Both the position numbers and the translations under genes were made by a program. The notes beneath the pieces were generated by a model. The model did no database searches, was not told where the DNA came from, and saw nothing but the letters and a program-made list of their open reading frames with translations. From Malacoraja senta (taxonomy: Eukaryota), in assembly GCA_038087875.1 (NCBI GenBank), contig CM075992.1, positions 2,482,001 to 2,546,000 of the forward strand: 64,000 nucleotides of DNA, read 5' to 3'. Positions 48,867-62,600 of this stretch are shown piece after piece (positions within the stretch are counted from its first letter, which is position 1; each line of letters begins with the position of its first letter).

Positions 48867-51714
48867 TGTTCATTTCCGAATCACCAACATTTCAGGTTAC
48901 AAACAATTCTCAGTGATGGAACACATCTGTAACCTGGGGACTGCATACACACTGTTGGGGGTATTTTATCAATAGCCAACCCGCACAGTTTTGGCATGTG
49001 GGAGGAAACCAGAGCATCTGGAGGAAGTCCATGTATTCACAGAGAGAACAGGCAAACTCCACACAGACAGAACCCAAGGTCAGGGATGGATTTGTTTCTC
49101 TGGCACCATGAGGTTGCGACTCCACCAGCTGCATCACTGCACCACCCATTGAGCGACACACAGGAAGAGCTCTCTGTCGCTGGCTTCTGCTGAACAGACT
49201 GATTTTACCTGCGTGAGGTTGGGGAATGCACTCAGTTCCCCTGCTCAAAGAAAGTGAAGTTAAAATCTCAATAAACCTCCCAAACCCAATTTACATCCTG
49301 GGGTCATGCTCTCTGATCTGGAAACATGTGTACGTGAACAACAACAGATTCACTGTGATACTCCATAAGTGAATAACCTTATCCTGGCTGTCCACTGACC
49401 ACATCAGTGGGCTGGAGTGTGTAGGAAGGAACTGCAGATGCTGGTTTACACCAAAGATAGGTACAAAATGCTGGAGTAACTCTTTAGGACAGGCTGCATC
49501 TCTCGTTAGAAGGAATGGGTGAAGAATGGTCTCAACCTGAATCATCACCCATTCCTTCTATCCAGAGATGCTGCCTGTCCTGCTGAGTTACTCCAGAATT
49601 TTGTGTCCACAGTGTGATGGAGCACTGGCACCTCGCATCTCGGAGAGAAGTGGAAATGACAAAATAAGTTTGAAATTCAAACAACAACCCTCCTCTTTTC
49701 ATCATTGTCCATTACATAGATACTCCAAAAATGAAATAAAATTCAGATGTTCCTTGAGCACAGAAGTGGCGCAGTGGCAAAGGACACCACGGCTACGCTT
49801 TGCCAGGCCAGCCCTGCAATACCACCAGGACAGCAAGGCCAGGCCAAGAACTCTGCACTTACAAACTGGGACTTTTAAATGGTGCCAAAACTAGCTGGCT
49901 CTGTATACTGTCTCAATGTATTATTGCTGAACATTTGTACTGTCTCTGAGATACTTATCTAAGATGTATCTAAGTGCTTATGTATTGTGATACTTGCACT
50001 GAACTGTATACAAAAATGAATTTCGCTGTAGGAAGGAACTGCAGATTCTGGTTTACACCGAAGAAAGACACAAAATGCTGGAGTAACTGCAGGGCAGGCA
50101 GCATCTGGATAGAAGGAATGGGTGACGATTCAAGTCGAGACCCTTCTTCAGACCCTGTCTCGACCCGAAACGTCAGCCATTCCTTCTCTCCAGAGATGCT
50201 GCCTGCCCCGCTGAGTTACTCCAGCATTTTGTGTTTACCTTTTGAATTTCACCGTACCTCAGTACATACGACATTAAAGTACCATTGAACTTTCTTTTTT
50301 CTTTGTTTGATGGTTTTGCATCATCTTACTAATCTATCACATGGAAATGCTCCTTGCAATTTGGATAATGCACCATTCTCGAAAAGTAAATTATTGCTCT
50401 GCTGCTAAGGTAGCACTGGGTACCTTAAAACTTTAAAACGACAAACAAATTATTCTAAATAGGGACACTTAGGTCAATGAGCAATTGATGAAGGAAATTG
50501 CTTCATACCCCCAGCCTGCTTGGGGGTATGAAGGCGCAGAGAGGCAGCCAGCTTCGGTGCCTGCTATCTGTTGCCGGCTATGAACAAATCAGGGCCAGCA
50601 ACAGATTAACTCAGGAAGGGTGGAGTTCATAATGGAGTTACTTGAAATTAGAGAAATCAATCATATTGCTGGTAGGGTTTCGGCCCGAAACGTTGCCTAT
50701 TTCCTTCACTCCATAGATGCTGCCTCACCCGCTGAGTTTCTCCAGCACTTTTGTCTACCTTCGATTTTCCAGCATCTGCAGTTCCTTCTTAATCATAATT
50801 TTAATCATAATCATAGTTGGGCCGTAAGCTGCCGAAGTGAAATATGAGATACTGTTCCTCTAATTTGCGTGTGGCCTCACTCTGACAGTGGAGGTCCAGG
50901 ATCATGACCCGAAATGTCACCTGTTCCTTTTCTCCAGAGATGCTGCTTGACCCGCTGAGTTACTCCAGCTTTTTGGGTCTATCTACAGAAAGGTCAGCGT
51001 GGGAATGGGAGTTTAAATGTTTACCCCTTGGCAGCTCTTGCCACACTCCTCTCCCTCACCTTTCACACCGGCTATCGCCACAGCACTTTTTGAGTCCAAA
51101 GGAAAGGTCTCAATCTGACACATTGACAGTCCATACCCTTCCACAGATGCTGCCTGACCTGCTGAGTTACTCCAGCAGTTAGCTGTTTGTTTGCTCCAGA
51201 TCCCACCCTCTGCAGACTCTTGGTGTCTCCAACTCCGATGAAGAGGATGGAGCTCCATGAAATTCTGCCCACAGAGATGGTCTCACAACGTTTCTAAAGC
51301 AGAAAGGTGTGATGCCCAAATCCACTAAAATAAGGACTGTATGGCAAATGGAATCCTCTGCATCCTAAGTGTCTTAAGCTATAATGTGGGTCATGTAGGA
51401 AGGAACTGCAGATGCTAGTTTACACCGAAAATGCTGGAGTAACTCAGCGGGTCAGGCAGCATCTCTGGAGAGAAGGAATGGGTGACGTATCAGGTCGAGA
51501 CCCTTCATCAGACTGAGAGTCAAGGAGGGGGCACTGTTGGTCTGCGAGCCCTATAATGGGAGCTCATACATGCCATACATGGAAGTGCCAGGGTGAACTA
51601 AATGAATGGTAGAATCAAGCCAAGTGATTGATTCTGCAATGAATGCATTCAAAAGATTGACGTTAAGTTTGCACTCATAAACATAGCACCACACGGATGA
51701 ATTTCTGGCCTCAG

Positions 51715-51790
51715 ACGTCTGTGGTGTCACTATATATAGAGTCACTCCTCTCCGAGTAGCACGTCATACATCATACTTCCTATACAGTCT
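51715..51790 (+). promoter_or_regulatory. Candidate DENND1-family promoter (TATA-like, RUNX, AP-1/CRE-like and ETS motifs)
   Basis: tgtggt 51720, tatatatag 51731, gagtca 51739, cacgtca 51760, acttcct 51775; about 200 nt upstream of the ATG. Motifs are short. Confidence 0.35.
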
Positions 51791-51948
51791 AACGGAAGGA
51801 TCACGGCGTAAGGTACTGACAGAAAAACTTATCTCATCTGACAACTTGCAGCGCCAGCACCCTCCCTGCCCCCTTCCCAAAATCCATGATCCATCCAAAT
51901 CCAGACCAGGATTCTTTGCAGCTGTGATCACCGGCCATGTAGACAACC

Positions 51949-51965
51949 ATGGGATCCAGGATCAA
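51949..51965 (+). CDS. DENND1C: DENND1 coding exon 1
   Basis: accATGg Kozak context; AA|gtaaga donor. Confidence 0.85.
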
Positions 51966-54900
51966 GTAAGAAACTCAAAACGCTTTCAAGGCTAAGTTGC
52001 GACACACTTATATTTTGTCCGATTTCTTCTCTTCTCTGTGATTGCCGCGCTCAGCTGCTGCTCGGTGACAGAGAGTTGTTTGAAGAAAGCTCTTGGTCTG
52101 AGGGGAAGGAACTGAGACTGTAGCCTTGCCGATGTTTGAAACAACTGCCACCTTGGTATTAAACAAGCAAATTTGAACAATGATTTCCTTTGGATAGTTT
52201 AAAACTTATTTTCTCTGCCGTTGCTCAATCTTTGCCAACTATTGTGGTGGGTGAGCAAGGACTGACTTCAAGCCAGTGCAGGGTATCTGGTGATGACAAA
52301 ATGGTTGCTAAAGAACGGAAGTTGATGTAAGATTTCTACCTTCCCTGCAGATTTGTCACCTGATAGATTCCGATGATTTTCAAGTTTGTTCTGTTGTATG
52401 CATTTTGTTTCACCCAAAGTGTTTATACAAAGTTCAAATGATGCGAGTCTCTGAATAATTTGACAGCAGCTTGATCTGCACAAATGAAACCTTTAAAACA
52501 CCACAGAGGGTGGATGTGAAACAACCTTCAGCGAACAGGTTATTAGTCATTGCTGATGGCCTGATTTCTGAATATGTTACTTTATTGCATGCTATTGCTG
52601 AAAACTAACCTCTCTTTCTCAATTCAGACAAAGGGTCTTTAGCCTGATCTGTTACGGTTTCTCTTTCCACAGATGCTGCCTGATCAGCTGAGTGTCTGCA
52701 GCATTTTCTGATTTAACTGCATAATAATTTCTAAATCAATTACTTTTACAGGACTGTATTTAACCTAATGCTGTTGCACCCGCTGAGTTTCTCCAGCACT
52801 TTTGTCTACCTTGTATTTAATCTAATCTGTAAAATGTTTAGAATAAGATATTTTGCTGGCAGAGGGAGCAGAAAAGAGGGAAATCTTTCCTTTTGTTTAA
52901 TAAATATTTATTCTATAACACTTTCTGATAAATGAATTTGTTTCACTAGTTAATCAATAGAATTTTTGCACGTATGAGCTGGAGATCTGTTTTCTTTTTC
53001 TGCATTTCTTTCCTTAGGCACAATCTTACATAGAGCCCAAATTTGGCTACTCCTGAATTAAATGCTTTTGACTACCTATGTTCAAATATTTTTTTTCCTC
53101 CAAATTGCTGGCAACCGGCAGCACAATGTTGAGCTAATCATCACAGCTTTTAATAAAGGCATTCAATTTAAGAGATCTCTACAAGTGATCTACCCTCTCT
53201 GTTTATTAAGCTTCTTTTTCATTGAATTATGTCTTTTGCAGTGTTAATAAGTTTTTCTTCCGGTTTATCATGAGAAGTCTCTGTATCAATTAGACAAGTC
53301 CTGGTTCGGATTCCAATTTGAATTCTCATGTTAAATCTAGAGCTTAGCAGCTATGGTGACAAAAATCAGAGTATCATGAGAGGAATAGATGCACAGAGTC
53401 TCTCGCCCAGAGTAGGTGAATCAAGGACCAGAGGACATAGGTTCAAGGTGAAGGGGAAAAGATTTAATAGGAATTTGAGGGGTAACTTTTTCATACAAAG
53501 GGTGATGGCGGTATGGAACAAGCTGCCAGAGGAGGTAGTTAAGGATGGGTCTATCCCAACATTTATGAAACAGACAGCTACATGGATAGGACAGGTTTGG
53601 AGGGATATGGACCAAACGCAGGTAGATGTGGGCAAGTTGGGCTGAATGGTCTGTTTCCATGCTGTATCACTTCATGACTATCTGAATGAACTGTGCTACA
53701 GATGGTACTGAAACCATCTTTGTCTTGGTTTCTTTCTTGATCCAATCTTTTACCTTTCTGTCCAGTGGAAATTGATGTGTTAGGATGTCGTCCTTGTCTT
53801 CCTGTTTGCTACCTTCTGGTTCTGAGCCCATGACAGTTCTGTCTTTGTAAGATTAAAGAATGAAAACAAAGATGGATAATGAATTGGGCTTCACAGGAAA
53901 CCAATGTTTCTCTTTCTACCCATGGATCCTACACTCTTCTGCATGCCAGCACTCGGGTTTAGCTAATGGAAAAGAAATTAGACCACATACTATCTATGGG
54001 CCATTATCAGTTGACCCTGGGTCATCTGTTGCCAGCTATTATTTGTTCTGGCCTTTTCCTACTTCTAGTACCCCCCACCCCCCTCTACTTTCAGGCTGAA
54101 GAAGGTTTCCCACCCAAAATATTACCCATCCGTTTTCTCCAGAGATGCTGCCTGACCCACTGAGTTAGTCCAGCATTCTAGAGTCATAGAGTGTGGAAAC
54201 AGGCCCTTCAGTCTAACTTGGCCACACCGGCCAACATGTCCCAGCTACACTAGTCCCACCTGCCTGCATTTGTTCCATACCCCCCCAAACGTTTTCTATC
54301 CATGTACCTGTCTAACTGTTTTGTAAACGTTGGGATAGTCCCAGCCTCAACTACCTCCTCCAACATTTTGTTCCATAGACCCACCACCGTTTGTGCGAAA
54401 AAGTTACCCCTCCTATTAAATCCTTTCTCCTTCACCTATGTCCTCTGGTCCTCGATTCACCTACTCTGGGCAACAGATTCTGTGCATCTAAAGTGTCTGA
54501 ATTTAAATTACATATTCGGTGTAAACCAGCATCTGCAGTTCCTTCTTCCACATACGATGAATTCTTTTTTATTTGCTCCTTTTCAAGGAGCTTTTGTTCA
54601 ATCCCATACCTAAGTTTCCAGGTGTGCTCTTTTGCATTTGAGCATTTCCTTTCACTTCTCTTTCTGCGGTTCAGTGTAAAGCTTTATTCCTTTTCTTGAC
54701 ATGTGTACCTGTTCAGTTCCCATTTCCTACCTCTGCTTTTTAATATATTTTCGAAAACATGCAATTTCAATTAATTTTGTTCAAACCTCTAATTGTATTT
54801 TTAAACAAACATATGCAACCTTTAGCTAAGGCCCCTTACGAAAGGGTGAGTGGTTTCAATAAGTGGGTGATAAAGGAGAGGCCGTTTTAAGATCCAGAAG

Positions 54901-57900
54901 ACATATTTTAAAGGCAAGGATACACGGGACGTGGTTTGAGGGAAAGACAAGATGTCAATGGAGCAAAGTAAAGATCTGACACTTTTAATGGAGTAGAATA
55001 GTGCAGTTGTGCCTAGTGTATGCAGGATAGTGTCGGGCCGAAGGGCCTGTTTCCACGCTGTATCACTAAACTAAACTAACTTAAACTAGTCAAGCTAAAA
55101 CCACCACACTAGATATGTATCAACAACTACAGCATTTCTGGAATCACCAACTCAGTTTCAGCCCAATCACCAATTCAGTTTCAGGATGTGGACTTTTGCC
55201 ATCTCTTATGTGTAGGAAGGAACTGCAGATGCTGGTTTAAACCGAAGATAGACACAAAATGCTGGAGTAGCTCAGCGGGACAGGCAGCATCTCTGGAGAG
55301 AAGGAAAGGGTCTCGACCTGAAACGTCATCCATTCCTTCTCTCCAGAGATGTCAGTCCCGCTGAATTACTCCAGCATTTAGTGTCTATCATTGCCATCTC
55401 TTACTCCAGCCAGACGCAGGCCAACATTGAAATCCACCATTACCTGCCATCGCCCTAATCAATGACAATGTGAGCTTTATGCCATTCTGGTTAGTCCACC
55501 TTCATTGGGAAGCAGCCCCCGTGGCTTGGGAAGAGGTTCAGGTTTTCTATGGTATGGTCAATTATGTCTGGAGGGTGGAACCGTGAGGCTATGCAGCTGG
55601 GAGAAGATCAGTGATGGATCTTCACCTCCAGTAAACAAATCAACAATAACTTGGAGCTCCAAACTGTGCTCATCTTCAAGCATTATCTTTGCACAATGAC
55701 TGAAATTGGAGCTGATTTGGTTCTGAATTGGGTGCCACAAAGGTTAAACAATTTTCTATTTGTCCTGTACATTAGCTCCACTTCAGGAGGGGACTTGTCG
55801 TCACTGAGATGCAGCATCATAGGGAGAAGGATTGAGTAAGGCGTTGAAACAATGGTGCAGCTTTGCTTGATACCAACTGCACCATAACTGTCCAAAGTGC
55901 CTCCTCTTGGTTAAGATAATGGTTTGCATATAAGGGTAGGTGGTAACGGAACCCTACAGCATAGAGGCAAGAAGGAAATTGAGAAAGCTCAGCTAAGATA
56001 GCAAAGCTCAGTTAATCACCCAGCTATCACTGTTTGACAGGGACACTCTCAAAGCTGTGTGTAAGTTAGAACCCATCATAAATCACTGATAATAAGAGAG
56101 ACTTTGTGAAACAGATTCACCAATCTAAAGGATAAACAGAAAGTTGAAGTTGATGTAGTGTTCGGAGACTGGAGTTTTAAAGGAGGGGACTATGAGGGGT
56201 GTTTCTAAGAGGGTGGAAATACTCCCTAAAGATCATTCAATGGTCCTGACCACGGGGAAAAATGGAGGAGGACTGACTAAACTTTGTGGCTTGCACCACA
56301 GTGATGAATGCTGTGGTGGATGTTTTGTGTTAAATTTTTTATTGTGTATTGTGTGTTCTTTTTTATTGTACCGCTGCTGGCAAGTTCATTTCACTGCACT
56401 TCATTGTGTATGTGACGAATAAATCTGACTATTGACTATTGACAATGCTTTCAGCAGCAGAGGCACAAGAGCGGACAGAGTGGGAGGAGCTGGGTTGAAA
56501 GAGCTGGGTTGAAAGAAAGCAGAAGGGATTTATTGGAAAGCCAAGACTTATTATTCTTAAATTTGCACTATGGTGCAGTATGCAAACAGGTTACTACCAC
56601 AACTAGAGAGCATTCCTGAAATACTATCAACCTCATTGGTGACCCTCTGACTAACCTTGTTGGCTTTACTTTGCACTAAACGTTATTCCCTCATCATGTA
56701 TCTGTACACTGTGAATAGCTTGATTGTAATCATGTATTGTCTTTCCGCTGACTGGTTAGCACACAGCAAAAGCTTTTCACTGTACCTCGGTACACGTGAC
56801 AATAAACTAAACTAAAGCCTATATGAATATGTGTGTCTGCATGTTAAAGTATCTCCTAGGTACATAAAAATAGTCAAGAAAGTATGTTACTGTGCAGGTG
56901 GGAGCAACCCTTTCAGATGATGCTATGAATTAATAATTTTCTATTTCCTTTTCTTTATTTTCAGAGAGAACCCTGATAGGACATTTGAATGGTTTATCGA
57001 AGCCTTGTGTCCTAAATCAACAGATGTTGGTAAGTGTAGAAAATATTTACCTGAAGGAAGAATAAAAAAGTTGTTCTCAAGTTGATTCTTGAATATATTC
57101 ATGAGCTAGATAGCAACCACTTGATCTTACAGGGTCCATCTTCACAAAGTTTCTCCATCTCTGAACTGTTTCATTCATTAGAGCAGGATGTGACCTTTCA
57201 GAACTACAATCAGACTCTAAGATCCAGTGGGTCTTTGCATCAACTATTTTCTTGCCTTTGATCCAGTGAAACAATGTATGTAACCGACATAGATATATTG
57301 TGTCTATTGAGTCTGAAGAAGGGTCTCGACCCGAAACGCCACCCATTCCTTCTCTCCAGAGATGCTGCCTGTCCTGCTGAGTTACTCCAGCATTTTGTGT
57401 CTATCTTCAGTGTAAAATAGCATTTGCAGTTCCTTCTTGTAGGTCTATTGTTCATTGTTTTGAAAGCTCCAATTGCCTATGAGAGAGTGTTACAGATTTT
57501 TCACTATCTTCCGTGTGTATATATGATTCCTGCCATTAGCCGTGCAAGATGAGATTGGTCCTGACAGGAGAAGTAAGATGGGTGATTCAGTAGTTTCAAA
57601 TTTAAGATATAGTTCCTATTTCTATACATCTCATTAGAAGATATAGTTTCTGTGTTGACTCTACTGAACCCTTTTTCTCATTTTGAAACATCAGAATTGA
57701 ACCATCCTTCAGTTTTCTAAACCCGAGGGAATACAAAGTATAATTTAACCCCTTTGATATCATTCTGGAGTGAATGCATGCACTCCAAGGGCAGGTGATG
57801 GGGCAGGGAGTGTAGAGGAAGCCTGCAGAGGGACTTAGGTCTGGAAAGTGGCTAAAGACGGCACACGGCACAGCAATGTGTGCGGTCATGCACTTTGCTA

Positions 57901-59560
57901 GTAAGAATAAAGGCGTAGATGGGGAGATGATTCAGAAATCCAGCGTAGAGGGGGTATCTTGGTCCGAATGGGCAAGTTGAGCTGAAGGTCCTGCTTCTGT
58001 GCTCTGACTCTATAAATCATTTGGAAGTAAATTAATGCCAGAGGAACAGGGCTAAGGGTGCACTCAAAGAGCAGAAAGTTAGAATTCAAATCAACTATGC
58101 TGCCATCAAAATCAAGGGTAAACTTGCAATTAATTTATTTGTAGGTATGGTATGGCTTTTGCAAAGTTCTATTTGGCAAATCATCAGTAAAGTAAAACTC
58201 CATGGGATCCGAGGGAAAGTGAAATTTGGAATAAAACCGGCTCAGGGGCCTGCAGTCTTCAAAATTCAGAAGACCACATTACCAAAGATGGACACAAAAT
58301 GCTGGAGTAACTCAGCGGGACAGGCTGCATCTCTGGAGAGAAGGAATGGGTGACGTTTAAAGTCCTGAAACGTCACCAATTTCTGTTATCCAGAGATGCT
58401 GCCTGTCCCGCTGAGTTACTCCAGCATTTTGTGTCTATCTTTGGTGTAAACCAGCATCTGCAGTTCCTTCCTACACAGCACATTACCAACTCAATTTAAG
58501 ATTTCATCATAATTTAAAGGGCCTGTCCCACCAGCATGCGACTGCATGCGGCGAGCGCGACCAAACCGGAAGCGGGGGCTGCGCGGAGGTCGAGTGAGTG
58601 ACGTGAAGTTCGAGCGAAGTCCGTGGGAAGTTCGCGCGTGACGTACGGCGTCAAGACGCTGCGCACGCCCGTCGAGGCGGTGCGTAAGGCGTTGAGGCGG
58701 CTGCGGGCCGGCAGGCCGTTGCCGCGCGGAATTTTTGAACAGTGTCAGTTTTTCGGAGCCCCGCGCAATGTCGGGACCAGCTCCGCACAACTCCATACCG
58801 TTCCAGCGATCGAAGTGGGACCGGCCCCGCGAGGCCGTACGGCTCAAGCGACCACGTTAGGTCGCGCTTGCCGCATGCAGTCGCATGCTCGTGGGACAGG
58901 CCCTTAACTGTCTGAAGCCGGATTGAACAATGACAATCCCAAGGCGGCAGCTTAGATACTACAATGTATTGACACAATACTCAGGCACAGTGGAATTGGC
59001 GATACATGTCTAGTATTTCAGTGCAGTCTCCCATCCAGATACTAACCAAGCCTTGAATCTATTTCATCTGAGATCAGTTAGGAGCAGATGATCAGACTGT
59101 AACATCACCAGACGGGCTCAAAACACGACACATTTTAAAAACATGGGTCCTGAAGATAAGTAGAACAGACCAAATATACTGTTGCTGCCGTTAACCAAGT
59201 GCCACAGGAAATGTGTTTCCGCTTTCTCCGGTTTCTTTTAAATCTGGTTGTCTAAAAATTTATGACTTAAAAAAAAAAGAGCTACCTTAAATTTAGTTGT
59301 ATTTGGTTGGGTAACTATGGTAGGGTGAAGATTATTCCATGCTTTCATTGTGCGGGGGAAGTACGAATTTCTGTACACATCTGTCTTGGTGGCTGGAATC
59401 TCAAATTGGATCGAATGTCCTCAAGTGCTCCTAATTGGTTTGGGTTTGGTGTAGGTTTTGTAATTCATTCTGAGTCATTCGTAACTGTCACTATGTCATG
59501 TTATTACTTGTGGGCGGAGCACCAAGGCAAATTCCTTGTATGTGAATACTTGGCCAACAA

Positions 59561-59611
<51 letters not shown>

Positions 59612-62600
59612 AAGGAGGTGTGAGCATTGCTGAACACTGTGCTGGAACGTGTGGGTGCGTGAACAGGACCTATTTGGCATGGATGCATATTCTGGTCAAA
59701 TCTCTGGCAACCCTCACTCAATAATGAAGAACTCCCACTCTGTGGTGCCCGAATTCCAACAATGGGGTGATTGGCTGGGGTTGAGGGAAGAGAGGAGTAA
59801 AAACAAAAATGGCACTAAGGCAAGGGAGCGTGACTTCAAGATTTGGAGTGGGCCACAAAGACCGACTCATTTCTGCAAATCTGAAGGTTTTTTTCTTAAA
59901 GTTGTGCTGAAGCCACAGGTTTCCTGTTGAGTTCCTCAGTAGAACAGCATATGGGCAGGACAAGGCCCCACAGATAACAGAGGCCGGCTCCCAGCATGGT
60001 GACGTGTTCACTGGAGCAGGTGCCATGGAGTTTTCAGGGAGTGGGTTGCAATGCGATGTGTAGAGCAGACATTTTATGTGAGAAAAATAAACTGAATCAC
60101 GTTCCAGTTGACGATCAACCTCATGTAGCGTTAAACCATATCCTGTCTGCTCGGAAGCAGGCCCAAGCCTCTGCTGGTGTCATGCAGGGATTTATGACTA
60201 ACATCTACAACCATGTGTGGAGTTCCCCTCCCCCCCCCCCTTCTCCTAAAAGAACCGAGATACATTGCTATTAGAAGTAGTAACTTCTTATAACGAAACC
60301 ATCCAGCTGAAGAAGGGTCTCGACCCAAAATGTCACCCATTCCTTCTATACAGAGATGCTGCCTGTCCCGCTGACTTACTCCAACATTTTGTGGCTAGCA
60401 TCAGCTTATGGTGCTTAAGAGGAATAGAACATAGTACAGTACAGCACAGGAACAGCCCCTTCAGCCCACAATTTCTGTGCTGAACATGTTGCCAACCTAA
60501 CTTAATCTCCTCTACCTGCACATAATCTATATCCCTCCATTCCCTACATATCTATGTGCCTATCTGAAAGCTTCATAAATGCCACTGTCCTATTTGCATC
60601 CACCACCCCCAACAGCATATTCCAACATGGATGAGGAATGTTATACATAATCCATAAGCATTGTGGAGGAACAATATGGTACAATTCCTGGGCATCTCAG
60701 CCTTCCTTCCATTGAATGGTTTAATGGTTGAAAGCTTAAGGTTGATGTAATGAAGGTTAAATATGTTAATTGGAGACATTAGCTAACAATTATAGAAGCT
60801 AGCTGAGCTTTGAAGGTGCAGGAAGGAACTGCAGATGCTGTTTTACACTGAAGTTAGACGCAAAATGCTGGAGTAACTCATGTTCATAATTTATAGGAGC
60901 AGAATTAGGCCATTCGGCCCATCAAGTCTACTCCGCCATTCAATCATGGCTGATCTATCTCTCTCTCCTAACCCAATTCTCCTGCCTTCTCTCCATAACC
61001 TCTGATGCCTGCCAGTGGGTCAGGCAGCATTTCTCAGTCTGAAGAAGTGTCTCGACCAGAAACATCACCTATTCCTTTTCTCCAGAGATGCTGCTTAACC
61101 CGCTGAGTTACTCCAGCATTTTGTGTCTAGCTTTGAGGATTCAAGGGACCCGACAAGAATGAAAGGAGGCAGCCAAAGATTGAAGAGCTATTTCAAGAAG
61201 GAGGAAGAGAAAATTACGGACTTGTAAACCTAACACAGTGGTGGGGACAGTATGAGCATCTGTTGTGAATGATGCAATCACTGAATGTTTGGGAAGTATT
61301 AATGGTATTGGTTGAATTAATTTATGAAAGGAAAATCATATTTAATAAATCACTTGTAGTTCTTTTGGTTATAACAATTAGAATAGATAGTGCAGTATAT
61401 TTGGTATAGTTGGACTTTCAGAAGACTTTTGATGAGGTGCTATCTAAGAAGGTAGTGTGTAAAGTAAAGCAAATTGGAACAGAAATTGTTTGACAGACAG
61501 AAAACAGAGTTTAGTTTAGTTTATTATTGTCACGTGTATCTAGGTACAGTGAAAAGCTTTTGTTAGCATGCTATAGAGTCAAAGAAGAATACAGTCAAGC
61601 TGTCCACAATGCACAGATAACGGATAAAGGATACAACATTTAGTGCTGGATGTAACAATGCCATCTCCTCCATCCCAGAGGGACAGGTCAAACCCAGCTT
61701 CTGTGAATGGAGGAGACAGGTATGTTACCTGTTGGTTTGGCAACATCAGGTGGAGAGTTGCAACCAGGTCAATGGGACACCATGGCCTGATGCTTGCAAG
61801 GAACCGTTTGCAAAGTCAACTGGCCTGGGACCCAATTCAGTGCCAAAGTTGACTCCGGATAGTCTGTCTTGTTTTATTCTTACTGCTGTTTCAACATGTT
61901 GATCTGGGAATTAAAGCCTGCCGACTTATCCTGAGCACAACAAGACCTGACTGAAAATAGACACAAAATGCTGGAGTAACTCAGCGGGTCAGGCAGCATC
62001 TCTGGAGAAAAGGAATGGGTGACGTTTCCTTCAAACTGTGAGTCAGGGGAAAGGGAAATAAGAGTTGTAGACGGTGACATAGAGAGAGATAGAGCAAATG
62101 AATGTAAGATATGCAAAAAAGTAACCATGATCAAGGAAAGGTGGAGTTCACAATGGTCCATTGTTGGTTGTGGGCTAGGTGATGAGTTATCCAGACCATG
62201 AAACTATAACGTGTTATACAGACATTGAAACCTGACTGATATCTGCCAGGATAAACTGGTTATCAATATATTTATGTTCTCAGGCTTGGAAGGGTTGTTA
62301 ATTTTATATCCCAACAAACATTTACAAGGTACACAAAAATGCTGGAGAAACTCAGCGGGTGCAGCAGCATCTATAGAGCGAAGGAAATAGGCAACGTTTC
62401 GGGCCGAAACCCTTCTTCAGACTGCTGAATCTGAAGAAGGGTTTCGGCCCGAAACGTTGCCTATTTCCTTCGCTCTATAGATGCTGCTGCACCCGCTGAG
62501 TTTCTCCAGCTTTTTTGTGTACCTTCGATTTTCCAGCATCTGCAGTTCCTTCTTAAACATTTACAAGGAATGGTTTCAACCACAAACTGTTGACATCAGC

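Noticed and set aside
58491..58977. Arg-rich ORFs on both strands
   Set aside because: They lie within a GC-rich MITE; no transposase motifs.
2877..62554. Recurring ~30-nt partly palindromic motif as a CRISPR-like repeat
   Set aside because: Dispersed, in both orientations and embedded in a longer TE repeat, with no regular spacers or cas genes; eukaryotic context.
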